From IMG/VR virus record IMGVR_UViG_3300021579_000001, positions 2,404-66,403 of that record: a stretch of DNA of 64,000 nucleotides; one strand, given 5' to 3'. The notes beneath the pieces were generated by a model. It did no database searches. It was not told the origin of the DNA and worked only from the letters and a program-made list of their open reading frames with translations. This DNA comes from a virus. The position numbers and the translations under genes are program-made. Position 1 is the stretch's first letter. The number at the start of each line of letters is the position of its first letter. Positions 1 through 8,001 of this stretch are shown here, one piece after another.

Positions 1-604
1 CGGTAGCGCATGTGCTGAGTTCGTATCTCCTATCCTCAATCACTTCCACAGTGCAGGACTCAAGAAGCTGTGCGAAGAGATTGGCATGGACGGACACAAC
101 ACCAGCCCAGGTGTGCATGTGCATGTCGATGCTAGCGATGTGACAGTATCAGATGTTCGACGCTTGCTCTTTGCTTACGGTGCTATCTCTCCATTGCTTG
201 AGCCAATCTATCAGCGTCAAGTCCGTGACTACTGCAAGGACTTGCCTCTTGACCAAGTGGCACACTGGGCACGCTACACCAAGCAGTACATTCCAACCAC
301 CATTGCAGCTCAGGTCATCTATGACATTGGGTCGGGAGACCGCTACCAAGATGTCAACCTGTGTGCACTGACCAAGCACGGCACCATTGAGTTCCGTGCC
401 ATGGGCCCTGTGTACGACTACGAGTACCTAGTTCGTTGGGCTTGGTTCTGCCGTCAGATGGTGGCTGTGTCCAAGGTTGACCTACCACAGCGTGTGTGGT
501 CTGCGTGCAGTTCATTGGCTGATGTCATTCAGTTACTCATCAAGCACGGAGATGAGAACAACCCAGGGCACGACCTCACCTTGTCCACCCTTATCGAGCA
601 GTAG
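1..604 (+). CDS. Putative amidoligase (COOH-NH2 ligase type 2), 5'-truncated by window
   Basis: Frame open from position 2 (GSACAEFVSPIL...); motifs E-x-VSP-x-L, HVHVD, RY-x-x-VNL-x-AL-x-KHGTIEFR; GATase follows directly. Confidence 0.85.
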   Translation, partial: GSACAEFVSPILNHFHSAGLKKLCEEIGMDGHNTSPGVHVHVDASDVTVSDVRRLLFAYGAISPLLEPIYQRQVRDYCKDLPLDQVAHWARYTKQYIPTTIAAQVIYDIGSGDRYQDVNLCALTKHGTIEFRAMGPVYDYEYLVRWAWFCRQMVAVSKVDLPQRVWSACSSLADVIQLLIKHGDENNPGHDLTLSTLIEQ

Positions 605-622
605 CTCACCCACTCAATCAGT

Positions 623-647
623 AGGGGGCGCAGTTGTTGCGCCCCCT
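623..647 (+). terminator. GC-rich stem-loop without U-tract (terminator or processing/stability hairpin)
   Basis: AGGGGGCGCA-gttgt-TGCGCCCCCT, 10-bp perfect stem, intergenic. Confidence 0.6.
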
Positions 648-670
648 GCACACTACGAAAGGAGATACCC

Positions 671-1753
671 ATGTGTGGTATCGCAGGCTTTAGCCTATCA
701 AAGAACAGCAACATCAACGCACAAGCATTAGCACACGCATTGCTGTGCAGTATCGAAGACCGAGGGTACATGGCATCAGGTTATGCATACCAAGAAATCG
801 ACGGTAGCATCTCAGTGCACAAGGGTGCAGTAACAGGTAGCTTGCTATCAGTCGCAGGCTTACCTGAAGACGCAAGCAATGTTATCCTGCACACTAGGCT
901 AGCAACTCACGGTTCAATCGATGTCAATGACAACAACCACCCAGTGTGGTCACCCAACAAAGGCATCGCCCTAGTACACAACGGTGTTATCCACAATCAC
1001 CACCAAGTGCGTGCCATGCTAACTGACAAGTTGCCTGAAGTAGACACCAGTGTAATCCCTGCGCTACTTGAGTCAGGTTCAACAGACATGCTAGACAACC
1101 TATCAGGTGATGCAGCTATCGCATGGTTCGATGTGACTGACCCCAACCGACTACACCTAGCCCGCTACCAGTGGTCACCACTTGTAACAGCGACACTAGA
1201 AGATGGGTCGTTCCTGTTCTGCTCAACCGAAGCATTGCTATGGGAAGCATTGATTGCGCTAGACATCATGCCTGAGTCTATCCAGTCAGCTAAGGAGCTC
1301 GACTACTTCATCATCGAAGACGGCATGGTAGTTAGCAAGACCACGCTACCCAAGCCTAAGAGTGGTAGCTATGGATACGACAACGACTACTTCCGCTACC
1401 AGACATCAGGTGCTAAGGGTGGGTTTCAGTACAGCCCCAGCGCATGGCTAGACGAAGACGACGACGACTATGTGTACGCACCACCAGTAGTAATGGGTCG
1501 TAGTGTCTTGGGTCTATCCGATGACGAGTACGCACAGTACGAAGAAGACCAAGCTATCGAAGAGAACATGCCAATGTTCTGGGCTAAGATACATCACCAA
1601 GGTGAGTACGAGCAGACAGAGTTCTTCTTCAAGCACGAAGAATCCCTATGGCAACACAGCGTGTCCCTTAGCCAAGAAGCAGGTGTGCTAGTAGACTACG
1701 GTCGTGTAGAAACTACTTTAGTATCCGCACTAGACACCGATGATACCTTCTAG
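671..1753 (+). CDS. Class II glutamine amidotransferase (Ntn fold) with acidic C-terminal extension
   Basis: N-terminal MCGIAG nucleophile, HTRLATHG, NNHP, LVHNGVI-x-N; AAGGAG RBS. Confidence 0.9.
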   Translation: MCGIAGFSLSKNSNINAQALAHALLCSIEDRGYMASGYAYQEIDGSISVHKGAVTGSLLSVAGLPEDASNVILHTRLATHGSIDVNDNNHPVWSPNKGIALVHNGVIHNHHQVRAMLTDKLPEVDTSVIPALLESGSTDMLDNLSGDAAIAWFDVTDPNRLHLARYQWSPLVTATLEDGSFLFCSTEALLWEALIALDIMPESIQSAKELDYFIIEDGMVVSKTTLPKPKSGSYGYDNDYFRYQTSGAKGGFQYSPSAWLDEDDDDYVYAPPVVMGRSVLGLSDDEYAQYEEDQAIEENMPMFWAKIHHQGEYEQTEFFFKHEESLWQHSVSLSQEAGVLVDYGRVETTLVSALDTDDTF

Positions 1754-1763
1754 CAAGTAACAC

Positions 1764-1785
1764 ACGGGGGGCGCAAGCCCCCCGT
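1764..1785 (+). terminator. GNRA-capped stem-loop
   Basis: ACGGGGGGC-GCAA-GCCCCCCGT, 9-bp stem, intergenic. Confidence 0.6.
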
Positions 1786-1822
1786 AATCCCCCCGCAACA
1801 ACACACTACCAAGGAGAAACAA

Positions 1823-2245
1823 ATGTCACAATCATTCTCAGTAGCAGGTCTAGTAGCCACTAGCCCACGACACATCATCACCAGTGAAGGCACAGCTATC
1901 ACATCTTTCCGACTAGCAAGCATGTACAGAAAGTTTGACCGCAGTCAGAACCGTTGGGTTGATGGAGAAACAAACTGGTACACCATCACTGCGTTCAACC
2001 AGCTAGCTATAAATGTTTCCGAGTCAGTCAGCAAGGGCGAGCGCGTGATTGTTACTGGAGAGATGCGTGTGCGTGAATGGGACAACGGTGAGCGTAGCGG
2101 TACATCAGTAGAGATTGACGCCGAGTCAATAGGTCATGACCTAAGCTGGGGCACTGCAACCTTCTTGCGCACAGTCCTAGTACGAGAGACCACACCCCCT
2201 GATGATGCGCCAGCGCCACGCCTACACCCTATCTCAGTAGCGTAA
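1823..2245 (+). CDS. ssb: Single-stranded DNA-binding protein, actinobacterial type, lacking acidic C-terminal tip
   Basis: OB-fold motifs FRLAS..R.FD....WVDGETNWY, LA.NV.ES.SKG.RVIVTG, VEIDAESIGHDL. Confidence 0.92.
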   Translation: MSQSFSVAGLVATSPRHIITSEGTAITSFRLASMYRKFDRSQNRWVDGETNWYTITAFNQLAINVSESVSKGERVIVTGEMRVREWDNGERSGTSVEIDAESIGHDLSWGTATFLRTVLVRETTPPDDAPAPRLHPISVA

Positions 2246-2271
2246 CCACACGCCACACCACAGCACCAAAC

Positions 2272-2323
2272 ACTAGGGCAGACAGCGTGCCGACACAAAC
2301 AACGCCACAAAGTCTGCCCTAGT
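2272..2323. promoter_or_regulatory. 12-bp inverted repeat with 28-nt loop
   Basis: ACTAGGGCAGAC (2272-2283) / GTCTGCCCTAGT (2312-2323), intergenic. Confidence 0.55.
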
Positions 2324-2356
2324 AATACCCCCACACCCATACCCAAAGGAGTACCC

Positions 2357-2554
2357 ATGGCAACCTATGCCGATAGAGTCTATGCTCGTACGTCTATGAC
2401 CCTAGACGAGCTTACACACGAGCTACGCAAGATTGACCCCAATGTAGAAGTTCACTACACCGATACCGACCCAGCTTGGTTTACAGCGTACTTTAGTATC
2501 GTGCCAACCGATGAACAACTACAGGTTGTAACCACCATCTTTCCTAAGGAGTAA
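2357..2554 (+). CDS. Hypothetical protein
   Basis: ORF with AAAGGAG RBS. Confidence 0.75.
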   Translation: MATYADRVYARTSMTLDELTHELRKIDPNVEVHYTDTDPAWFTAYFSIVPTDEQLQVVTTIFPKE

Positions 2555-2558
2555 CCTC

Positions 2559-2765
2559 ATGAAGCTAAAGCAGTACAACATAGACCTGTGCACAGACTGC
2601 TACATCAAGTACGCAGGAGAAGGCAAAGACCTAAACGGCTTGCTAGTGACTAGCAAACAAGAAGAGCCGTTCTTCAAGTCAGGAAAGTATGGCAACCCTT
2701 GTAGTGGGTGCGACACGAAGCTTGGCGGAGATTTCATGGCGTGTATCGCAATGAAGTATGTATAA
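2559..2765 (+). CDS. Hypothetical protein with two CxxC motifs
   Basis: CTDC...CSGC; AAGGAG RBS. Confidence 0.75.
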   Translation: MKLKQYNIDLCTDCYIKYAGEGKDLNGLLVTSKQEEPFFKSGKYGNPCSGCDTKLGGDFMACIAMKYV

Positions 2766-2781
2766 CGAAAGGAACAAAAGC

Positions 2782-3153
2782 ATGACACAAGACGCAGCCT
2801 TTTATACCAGCAGTTCCACATGGCAAACTGTCTGGTATGAAAGAGACAACCCGTTTTATGTAGTTCGCAATGGAGAGCTACGCATTCACGCAACTGCTAA
2901 AGACGGAAGCCGAGCTGTAATCCGTTACACTGACCAGCTCGAAGACTTTGGCATCACAACTGATACCCAACTAGCAGAGTGGTCTGCAAAGGGAGAAGAA
3001 GTTTTTGAGTGGGTGCACAACCCCTGGTTCGAAGTGTACTCAGAGAACGACCTTGGTTTCTTCAGTGACCCAATCCACGAGATTGATGAAGCAATCAAAC
3101 AAGCCAAAGAGTTTCTGCGGGATTACCCTAGCGGAACAACAGAAGGAGAATAA
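2782..3153 (+). CDS. Hypothetical protein
   Basis: Start moved to ATG 2782 behind AAAGGA RBS. Confidence 0.75.
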   Translation: MTQDAAFYTSSSTWQTVWYERDNPFYVVRNGELRIHATAKDGSRAVIRYTDQLEDFGITTDTQLAEWSAKGEEVFEWVHNPWFEVYSENDLGFFSDPIHEIDEAIKQAKEFLRDYPSGTTEGE

Positions 3154-3156
3154 CAA

Positions 3157-3357
3157 ATGACAAAAGACAACACCATTGTTAGCACAGTACTATGGGTCGC
3201 AGAAGACGGCTCATACGGAACAGGGGAAGTAGTAGTCATCAACCAGATGACTATCTCGCAACTGTCATCACTTGAAAAGCTATTCGATAGTGGAGACACC
3301 GACACGCTGTACCAAGTAGTTCGTGAGTTTGCTATCACAGGTAAGCTAGCTGTCTAA
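3157..3357 (+). CDS. Hypothetical protein
   Basis: GAAGGAG RBS, in operon. Confidence 0.75.
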   Translation: MTKDNTIVSTVLWVAEDGSYGTGEVVVINQMTISQLSSLEKLFDSGDTDTLYQVVREFAITGKLAV

Positions 3358-3366
3358 ACAACCTAA

Positions 3367-3383
3367 GGGGGTCAAAAGCCCCC
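3367..3383 (+). terminator. Short G/C stem-loop
   Basis: GGGGGT-CAAAA-GCCCCC, intergenic, same type as 623 and 1764. Confidence 0.4.
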
Positions 3384-3404
3384 CCAACTATACAAGGAGC
3401 AATA

Positions 3405-3620
3405 ATGAGCGACAAAGTTTACACAGTAAACATCAACAAGTACAAGGTAACTACTGAAACACCTGATGGTCAGGTAGAGAACATCATGTGGGCAACCGAT
3501 GATGGCGTGGTTGAGTGGGCTTCAAAGCACTCAGCAATCTCAACTGAGCTAATCGAAGTTGGCGCAGTTCAAAAGGGCAAGCCAGTAGTTCACATCAACG
3601 CACCCAGCAAAGGAGAGTAA
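3405..3620 (+). CDS. Hypothetical protein
   Basis: AAGGAG RBS. Confidence 0.75.
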   Translation: MSDKVYTVNINKYKVTTETPDGQVENIMWATDDGVVEWASKHSAISTELIEVGAVQKGKPVVHINAPSKGE

Positions 3621-3623
3621 CAC

Positions 3624-3818
3624 ATGGGGGAAATCATTGTGAAACAGATGACTGTAGAGCAGTGGGAAAAGCTTGACGATGGAAAGCGTCCTGCTCACAT
3701 CGCTGTGCAGTTAGGGGACAACTTGTGGGCAGTATCCCCTGACGGATACGGAGCAATCTTCTACGACTCACTATCGGAGTTGGAAGAAGATTACTACGAC
3801 CTAGCAAGGAAGGTGTAG
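3624..3818 (+). CDS. Hypothetical protein
   Basis: AAAGGAG RBS. Confidence 0.7.
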   Translation: MGEIIVKQMTVEQWEKLDDGKRPAHIAVQLGDNLWAVSPDGYGAIFYDSLSELEEDYYDLARKV

Positions 3819-3821
3819 GGT

Positions 3822-3908
3822 ATGTCACGCAGAACATTTTGGCTAGTTTATCTAGCCTGTGTAATCGTTGTGTACCCAGCAATAGCTCACGCAATCATTT
3901 CTAGATAG
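3822..3908 (+). CDS. 28-aa single-TM micropeptide (not in ORF track)
   Basis: MSRRTFWLVYLACVIVVYPAIAHAIISR; fills gap, upstream AAGGAAGG. Confidence 0.5.
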   Translation: MSRRTFWLVYLACVIVVYPAIAHAIISR

Positions 3909-3919
3909 GAGAAAACATC

Positions 3920-4180
3920 ATGGCAGTATCAAACTACAACGAGCTAAACGCTCACCGAGGTCACAAAGTACAGGTGTACGGATACTACACCGAGAGTGTC
4001 AGTATCGAGTGCGCAGATTGCTACGAAATCCTAGTGAGTTTCGAAAACGAAGAAGAAGAGCAAGATTCAGATGCTTGTGAACCAGCAGACTTACCTTGTG
4101 TGAATGGGTTTAGCTGCAAAAAGCACGAAAAGAACATTGACGAGTTGGTCGAGTACATCAAGGAGATAACTAATGGCTAA
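3920..4180 (+). CDS. Hypothetical Cys-containing protein
   Basis: AGGAG RBS; CADC and C-x5-C-x5-C. Confidence 0.75.
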   Translation: MAVSNYNELNAHRGHKVQVYGYYTESVSIECADCYEILVSFENEEEEQDSDACEPADLPCVNGFSCKKHEKNIDELVEYIKEITNG

Positions 4181-4364
4181 GTACCTAGTAACAATCGAAG
4201 CTTCAGCATTGATTGAAGCACGCAACCCCAAAGAAGCATGGGAAACCATGAACACCGCTATCGAAGGTGGCGCAGACTTAGGGTTTCACTTGCGAGCTGT
4301 TGGCTCAGAAGTGGAGCTGTATGTAGGCGAACCTGAACAAGTAACCGAAGAAGAGGAGAACTAA
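4173..4364 (+). CDS. Small protein, DpnD/PcfM-like pattern
   Basis: KYLVTIEASALIEARNPKEAW. Confidence 0.65.
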   Translation: MAKYLVTIEASALIEARNPKEAWETMNTAIEGGADLGFHLRAVGSEVELYVGEPEQVTEEEEN

Positions 4365-4367
4365 CAA

Positions 4368-4583
4368 ATGGCTGCATTCAACATCAAAGCTACTTACGAA
4401 TACGAAGGCGTAGTGCACGCTGACAGTGAGGAGCAAGCTAGAAAACTGTTTTGGCAAGAACTGAACAGTTATTACTCAAGCACTGAGGATGAAACAATCG
4501 AAGAAGTATGCGAGCACTGCGAGAAAGACATTGAGTTCGTGTGCATTTGCGACGAAGAGTCAGAAGAAACGGAGAACAACTAA
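4368..4583 (+). CDS. Small protein, DpnD/PcfM-like pattern plus C-terminal Cys cluster
   Basis: FNIKATYEYEGVVHADSEEQAR; CEHC...CIC. Confidence 0.65.
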   Translation: MAAFNIKATYEYEGVVHADSEEQARKLFWQELNSYYSSTEDETIEEVCEHCEKDIEFVCICDEESEETENN

Positions 4584-4762
4584 TGGCTAACTATGAAGTG
4601 CGTATCTACGAGACCGTTTACCACACCGTTGAGGTAGAAGCAGACAACAAAGACGATGCGTATACCCAGGCTTGGTCTGCCATCATAGATGGACCTTTTG
4701 ACGAGTATGAAACTAATTCTGATGGTTTCACTGGCAGGTTTTCTATTGAGGAGGTGAAGTAA
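4583..4762 (+). CDS. Small protein, DpnD/PcfM-like pattern
   Basis: Start at TAATG overlap 4583; NYEVRIYETVYHTVEVEADNKDDAY. Confidence 0.7.
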   Translation: MANYEVRIYETVYHTVEVEADNKDDAYTQAWSAIIDGPFDEYETNSDGFTGRFSIEEVK

Positions 4763-4971
4763 TGAACAACCACACTATCCTCGAGCTAACTAAAGTAATC
4801 CAAGACATCGACACCCTAGTAAACACCCTTACTAAAGACGAGTTTTGGTCTAACAACACGGAGCTTGTTGAGCACGCAAAAAATCTTACTGTGCACAACG
4901 AGGTACTAAAGAAACTTCTGTTTGAAATCTCAGAACCCACTTGGGTAACTATGCAAAGATTTGAGGACTAG
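4762..4971 (+). CDS. Hypothetical protein
   Basis: TAATG coupling, GAGGAGG RBS. Confidence 0.7.
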   Translation: MNNHTILELTKVIQDIDTLVNTLTKDEFWSNNTELVEHAKNLTVHNEVLKKLLFEISEPTWVTMQRFED

Positions 4972-4973
4972 AC

Positions 4974-5153
4974 ATGAACGGACTATACTGCGTCACTTTT
5001 GTAGGCGACTACTTCAATCTGACAACTGTGGTTGAAGCTGAGAGTGAAGATAAAGCAAAAGATTTTGCAGCGTATGTAATCGGTAGCCAGTATGGCTGGG
5101 ATGTAGAAGGCGTGAGTAACGAAATCAATGTAGAGCTGGAAGGAACATACTAA
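4974..5153 (+). CDS. 59-aa protein, DpnD/PcfM-like pattern (not in ORF track)
   Basis: MNGLYCVTFVGDYFNLTTVVEAESEDKAKDFA...ELEGTY; GAGGA RBS, TAATG overlap. Confidence 0.65.
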   Translation: MNGLYCVTFVGDYFNLTTVVEAESEDKAKDFAAYVIGSQYGWDVEGVSNEINVELEGTY

Positions 5154-5371
5154 TGAACATGGAACAAATGAAAGAAAAAGCATCAGAGCTAATGTCAGAC
5201 GCAGACTTCAGTTGGTTTGATAGTAAAGAAACCGACATGTCTATTGGCATGGACTGGGAAACCATGCAAATGGTTATCGTGGACATGGAGCACCCTGATG
5301 GTCCAAGCATTGAAGCCGTAGGAGAAGTCATTGACTTCGTAAAGATTTACACGGATGGAGAAACGCTGTGA
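5153..5371 (+). CDS. Hypothetical acidic protein
   Basis: TAATG coupling. Confidence 0.7.
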   Translation: MNMEQMKEKASELMSDADFSWFDSKETDMSIGMDWETMQMVIVDMEHPDGPSIEAVGEVIDFVKIYTDGETL

Positions 5372-5601
5372 GTAGCAACTACCCTGAAGGGTCTATGAAT
5401 GGCTCTGGTATCTACCAAAAAGAGTTAGCACAGTATGTGTACTGTGACTGCGACTTTGAAGGAGAAGTAGATACTGTGGTTGATGATTGGAACACTCAGA
5501 TGTCTTGGGCTTGTCCTGTGTGCAAAGAAGAGCACACAGAAGACTTGCCTGAGCAAACCCCTGGCGATTACTGGGAACAAAACAAAGGAGGAACAAACTA
5601 A
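5368..5601 (+). CDS. Hypothetical Zn-ribbon protein
   Basis: CDC...CPVC; GTGA overlap, GGAG RBS. Confidence 0.7.
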   Translation: MSSNYPEGSMNGSGIYQKELAQYVYCDCDFEGEVDTVVDDWNTQMSWACPVCKEEHTEDLPEQTPGDYWEQNKGGTN

Positions 5602-5834
5602 TGCTAACCTGCATAAACTGTTCGTACGAGTATGACGAACTAGAAGAAGACAAGTTATGCCAAACCTGTTGGAAAGCATGGGACAAATCGCGCATAGAAG
5701 AGCGTGCCCGTATCATCCAATACCTAATCGACAACGAAGTTTTGCGAAAGTCTATGTTCGGCAATAGCTGGGTAGCACTACACCACAGTGAAGGTTACGG
5801 CATTGACCTTGGGCGTAACTTTGGTGGGAAATGA
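5601..5834 (+). CDS. Hypothetical protein, CxxC...CxxC plus ER-x-RII module
   Basis: CINC...CQTC, EERARIIQYL. Confidence 0.7.
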   Translation: MLTCINCSYEYDELEEDKLCQTCWKAWDKSRIEERARIIQYLIDNEVLRKSMFGNSWVALHHSEGYGIDLGRNFGGK

Positions 5835-5959
5835 CATTGATAACTGGGTGGTGTCTTACGGGACACCACTCACAGTGTCCTGTCCAATCTAAATGGAGTG
5901 ACACAGTTCGTGTGTGTCCTTGCAAATGCCATGCCAACACAAACACTAAGGAAAACTAA
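5831..5959 (+). CDS. 42-aa Cys/His micropeptide (not in ORF track)
   Basis: MTLITGWCLTGHHSQCPV...VCPCKCHANTNTKEN; ATGA overlap. Confidence 0.55.
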   Translation: MTLITGWCLTGHHSQCPVQSKWSDTVRVCPCKCHANTNTKEN

Positions 5960-6223
5960 ATGGTTACTACAACGCAACTTGAGATTGCAAACTGCGCAAT
6001 CCATTGGAACGATGCCCCTGAGAACCAAACTGTAGATGTTACTTTTGGGTTTCTCAACACTCAAGAAGAAGCAGATGCTTTAGAAGTGAACCTAGACAAT
6101 GAAGTAGAACATTGGGTGTGGTTTGATGAACAAATCTTTATGTGGGTAGAGCGTTACCGCGGAGAAACTTTAGCCACTTTGTCTAATGAGTTTACTGTCG
6201 TAAAAAACTATACGGAGGAATAA
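5960..6223 (+). CDS. Hypothetical protein
   Basis: AAGGA RBS, abutting genes. Confidence 0.7.
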   Translation: MVTTTQLEIANCAIHWNDAPENQTVDVTFGFLNTQEEADALEVNLDNEVEHWVWFDEQIFMWVERYRGETLATLSNEFTVVKNYTEE

Positions 6224-6466
6224 ATGAGTAATGAAATAACTGTAATCAGTTCAAGTGAAGAAACAACAGGTTGGACACGCCGCATTATACTGACCTATAA
6301 AGGCAAAGTAGCGTATGTAAGAATGTACTATTCTGAAGGCAATGGCTACGAGACTTCTGCGCCTGATTTCAAAGGTGAGTGGTCAGTAGAAGAAACTAAA
6401 GAGTTCCATTGGTGGTTGCTCGACCACGATAACCTTTACCTGCTAGACGAACTAACCTCCTACTAG
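6224..6466 (+). CDS. Hypothetical protein
   Basis: GGAGG RBS. Confidence 0.7.
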   Translation: MSNEITVISSSEETTGWTRRIILTYKGKVAYVRMYYSEGNGYETSAPDFKGEWSVEETKEFHWWLLDHDNLYLLDELTSY

Positions 6467-6480
6467 AAAGAAGATAACTA

Positions 6481-6684
6481 ATGAATAGCTACACCCCTGC
6501 AACAAGAAAGTACTCAGTAACATTTGAAATGTTTTTTGAAGTCACTGCCGAAAATGCTAAGCAAGCGTTTTACGCCGTTGACACTCTTTTGGGAGAGCTA
6601 AACATTGAGCGTATAGTAGAAGAGTTTGACGAGTGTAGCGTTGAGTTCTTCCTGCATGAAGCCGAACTAAAGAAAGGTAACTAA
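6481..6684 (+). CDS. Small protein, DpnD/PcfM-like pattern
   Basis: KYSVTFEMFFEVTAENAKQAF. Confidence 0.6.
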   Translation: MNSYTPATRKYSVTFEMFFEVTAENAKQAFYAVDTLLGELNIERIVEEFDECSVEFFLHEAELKKGN

Positions 6685-6864
6685 TGGATAGCAAAACTCT
6701 AGAAAAGTTTGATGATTTTTTTTGAGTCATTGAACGAGCAAAACGGAGGCAAACTGTCTTGGGTTACAGTAACTGTTAATGGTGCCAAGCTTACTATGGT
6801 GTCAGATAACTTTGGTTGCCTTGAACTGGATGAGTTAGCGAAAAAATTGGAGGTAACAAACTAA
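6684..6864 (+). pseudogene. Small gene split by +1 frameshift in a T8 tract
   Basis: ATG 6684 and TAA 6862-6864 are 181 nt apart; in-frame TGA at 6723 ends the T8 run 6716-6723; removing one T gives a clean 59-aa ORF. Confidence 0.6.
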
Positions 6865-7052
6865 TGGCAAGAATTGCTAGAGCAGTATTTATCTACAACT
6901 ACGAGCTTGACGAGTATGAGGAATCACAAAACTTGTCAGGTCAAGCATTGATTGATTATGTAAAAGACCTTTTTGCAGAAGACATCATCGCAGAACAACT
7001 TCATGGAACAATCTATGAAAACATGGCTATCGACATTTACGAGGTGGACTGA
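6864..7052 (+). CDS. Hypothetical protein
   Basis: GGAGG RBS, TAATG coupling. Confidence 0.7.
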   Translation: MARIARAVFIYNYELDEYEESQNLSGQALIDYVKDLFAEDIIAEQLHGTIYENMAIDIYEVD

Positions 7053-7198
7053 TGAGTAACATTGACCTACCGCTACTCAAAAAACAGATTGACGCTCTAA
7101 GCTACCTACTTGACAGCAAAAACTACCCCGAAGAACACATTTTATGGGGAGCGTTGTATCTTTTAGAAGAAATCTACAAGGAGAAAACTAATGGCTAA
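7052..7198 (+). CDS. 48-aa hypothetical (not in ORF track)
   Basis: MSNIDLPLLKKQIDAL...; TGATG overlap, GAGG RBS. Confidence 0.55.
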   Translation: MSNIDLPLLKKQIDALSYLLDSKNYPEEHILWGALYLLEEIYKEKTNG

Positions 7199-7427
7199 AC
7201 CAGATTGCGACCACGAGTACAGCATAGACCGTTCAGGACAAGGAACTTGTATGGTCTGTGGCCACCTTCAGTTTGAAGAAACAGACGGGTACTTGTGCGA
7301 TTACTGCCAGTCAGAACAAGTTGATAAGCCTGATACTATGTGTCAAGGTTGTGACACCCATTATTGCGAGGAGTGCCACTACTCGCCCTGTGCAAAGTTT
7401 TGCGGAACTGATAAGGAGATTGGCTAA
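7191..7427 (+). CDS. Cys-rich multi-Zn-finger protein
   Basis: CDH, CMVC, CDYC, CQGC, CEEC...C. Confidence 0.7.
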   Translation: MAKPDCDHEYSIDRSGQGTCMVCGHLQFEETDGYLCDYCQSEQVDKPDTMCQGCDTHYCEECHYSPCAKFCGTDKEIG

Positions 7428-7717
7428 TGAGCAAACTAACTCGCAAAGACTGGAGAAACGACTACCCTGCCGATGTAGATAAGTGGCTGGCTATCTATGC
7501 TCAAGACAAAAATCTATTTTGGTTCAGTGATAGTGGTCACATCCAGCCTGTTATTGACGAACTTATCTTGCGTTTAGAACAAGCGGATAAGCGAGCCGAG
7601 GAACGCATTATCAAGCAGTTAAAAAAGATGATTGCTGGTTATGGTCGTGTCGGTTGGACTATTGAACAAAACGCTTTGCAACTTGCTATTGATGAACTTG
7701 AAAAGGACAACAAATGA
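7427..7717 (+). CDS. Hypothetical protein with ERIIKQL module
   Basis: AAGGAG RBS, TAATG. Confidence 0.7.
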   Translation: MSKLTRKDWRNDYPADVDKWLAIYAQDKNLFWFSDSGHIQPVIDELILRLEQADKRAEERIIKQLKKMIAGYGRVGWTIEQNALQLAIDELEKDNK

Positions 7718-8001
7718 GCAACAAGATGGTTACGGTTAGGGAACCACAACGAGTTTGTGACCTATGTGGAAACCCAGTTGATGTTTATGGCCATCGTGAT
7801 TGGTCAGCATTAAATGTTGGGCATCCACGAAGCGGTGAAACTTTGCCGCTAAACAAGAGAGCGTTTCGCTTTTTTCGAAAACCTTATCTGAATAAGACAA
7901 GTGGGGCACCTGAAAATGATTACCGCTCTTGGGAGTGGGATTTTCACGGTGAGTGCTTAGTTGATGCACTGACACCACTTATCAAAGGGGAGAACAAGTG
8001 A
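7714..8001 (+). CDS. Hypothetical protein (CxxC...HxxC), C-terminus LIKGENK
   Basis: CDLC...HGEC; ATGA overlap. Confidence 0.7.
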   Translation: MSNKMVTVREPQRVCDLCGNPVDVYGHRDWSALNVGHPRSGETLPLNKRAFRFFRKPYLNKTSGAPENDYRSWEWDFHGECLVDALTPLIKGENK

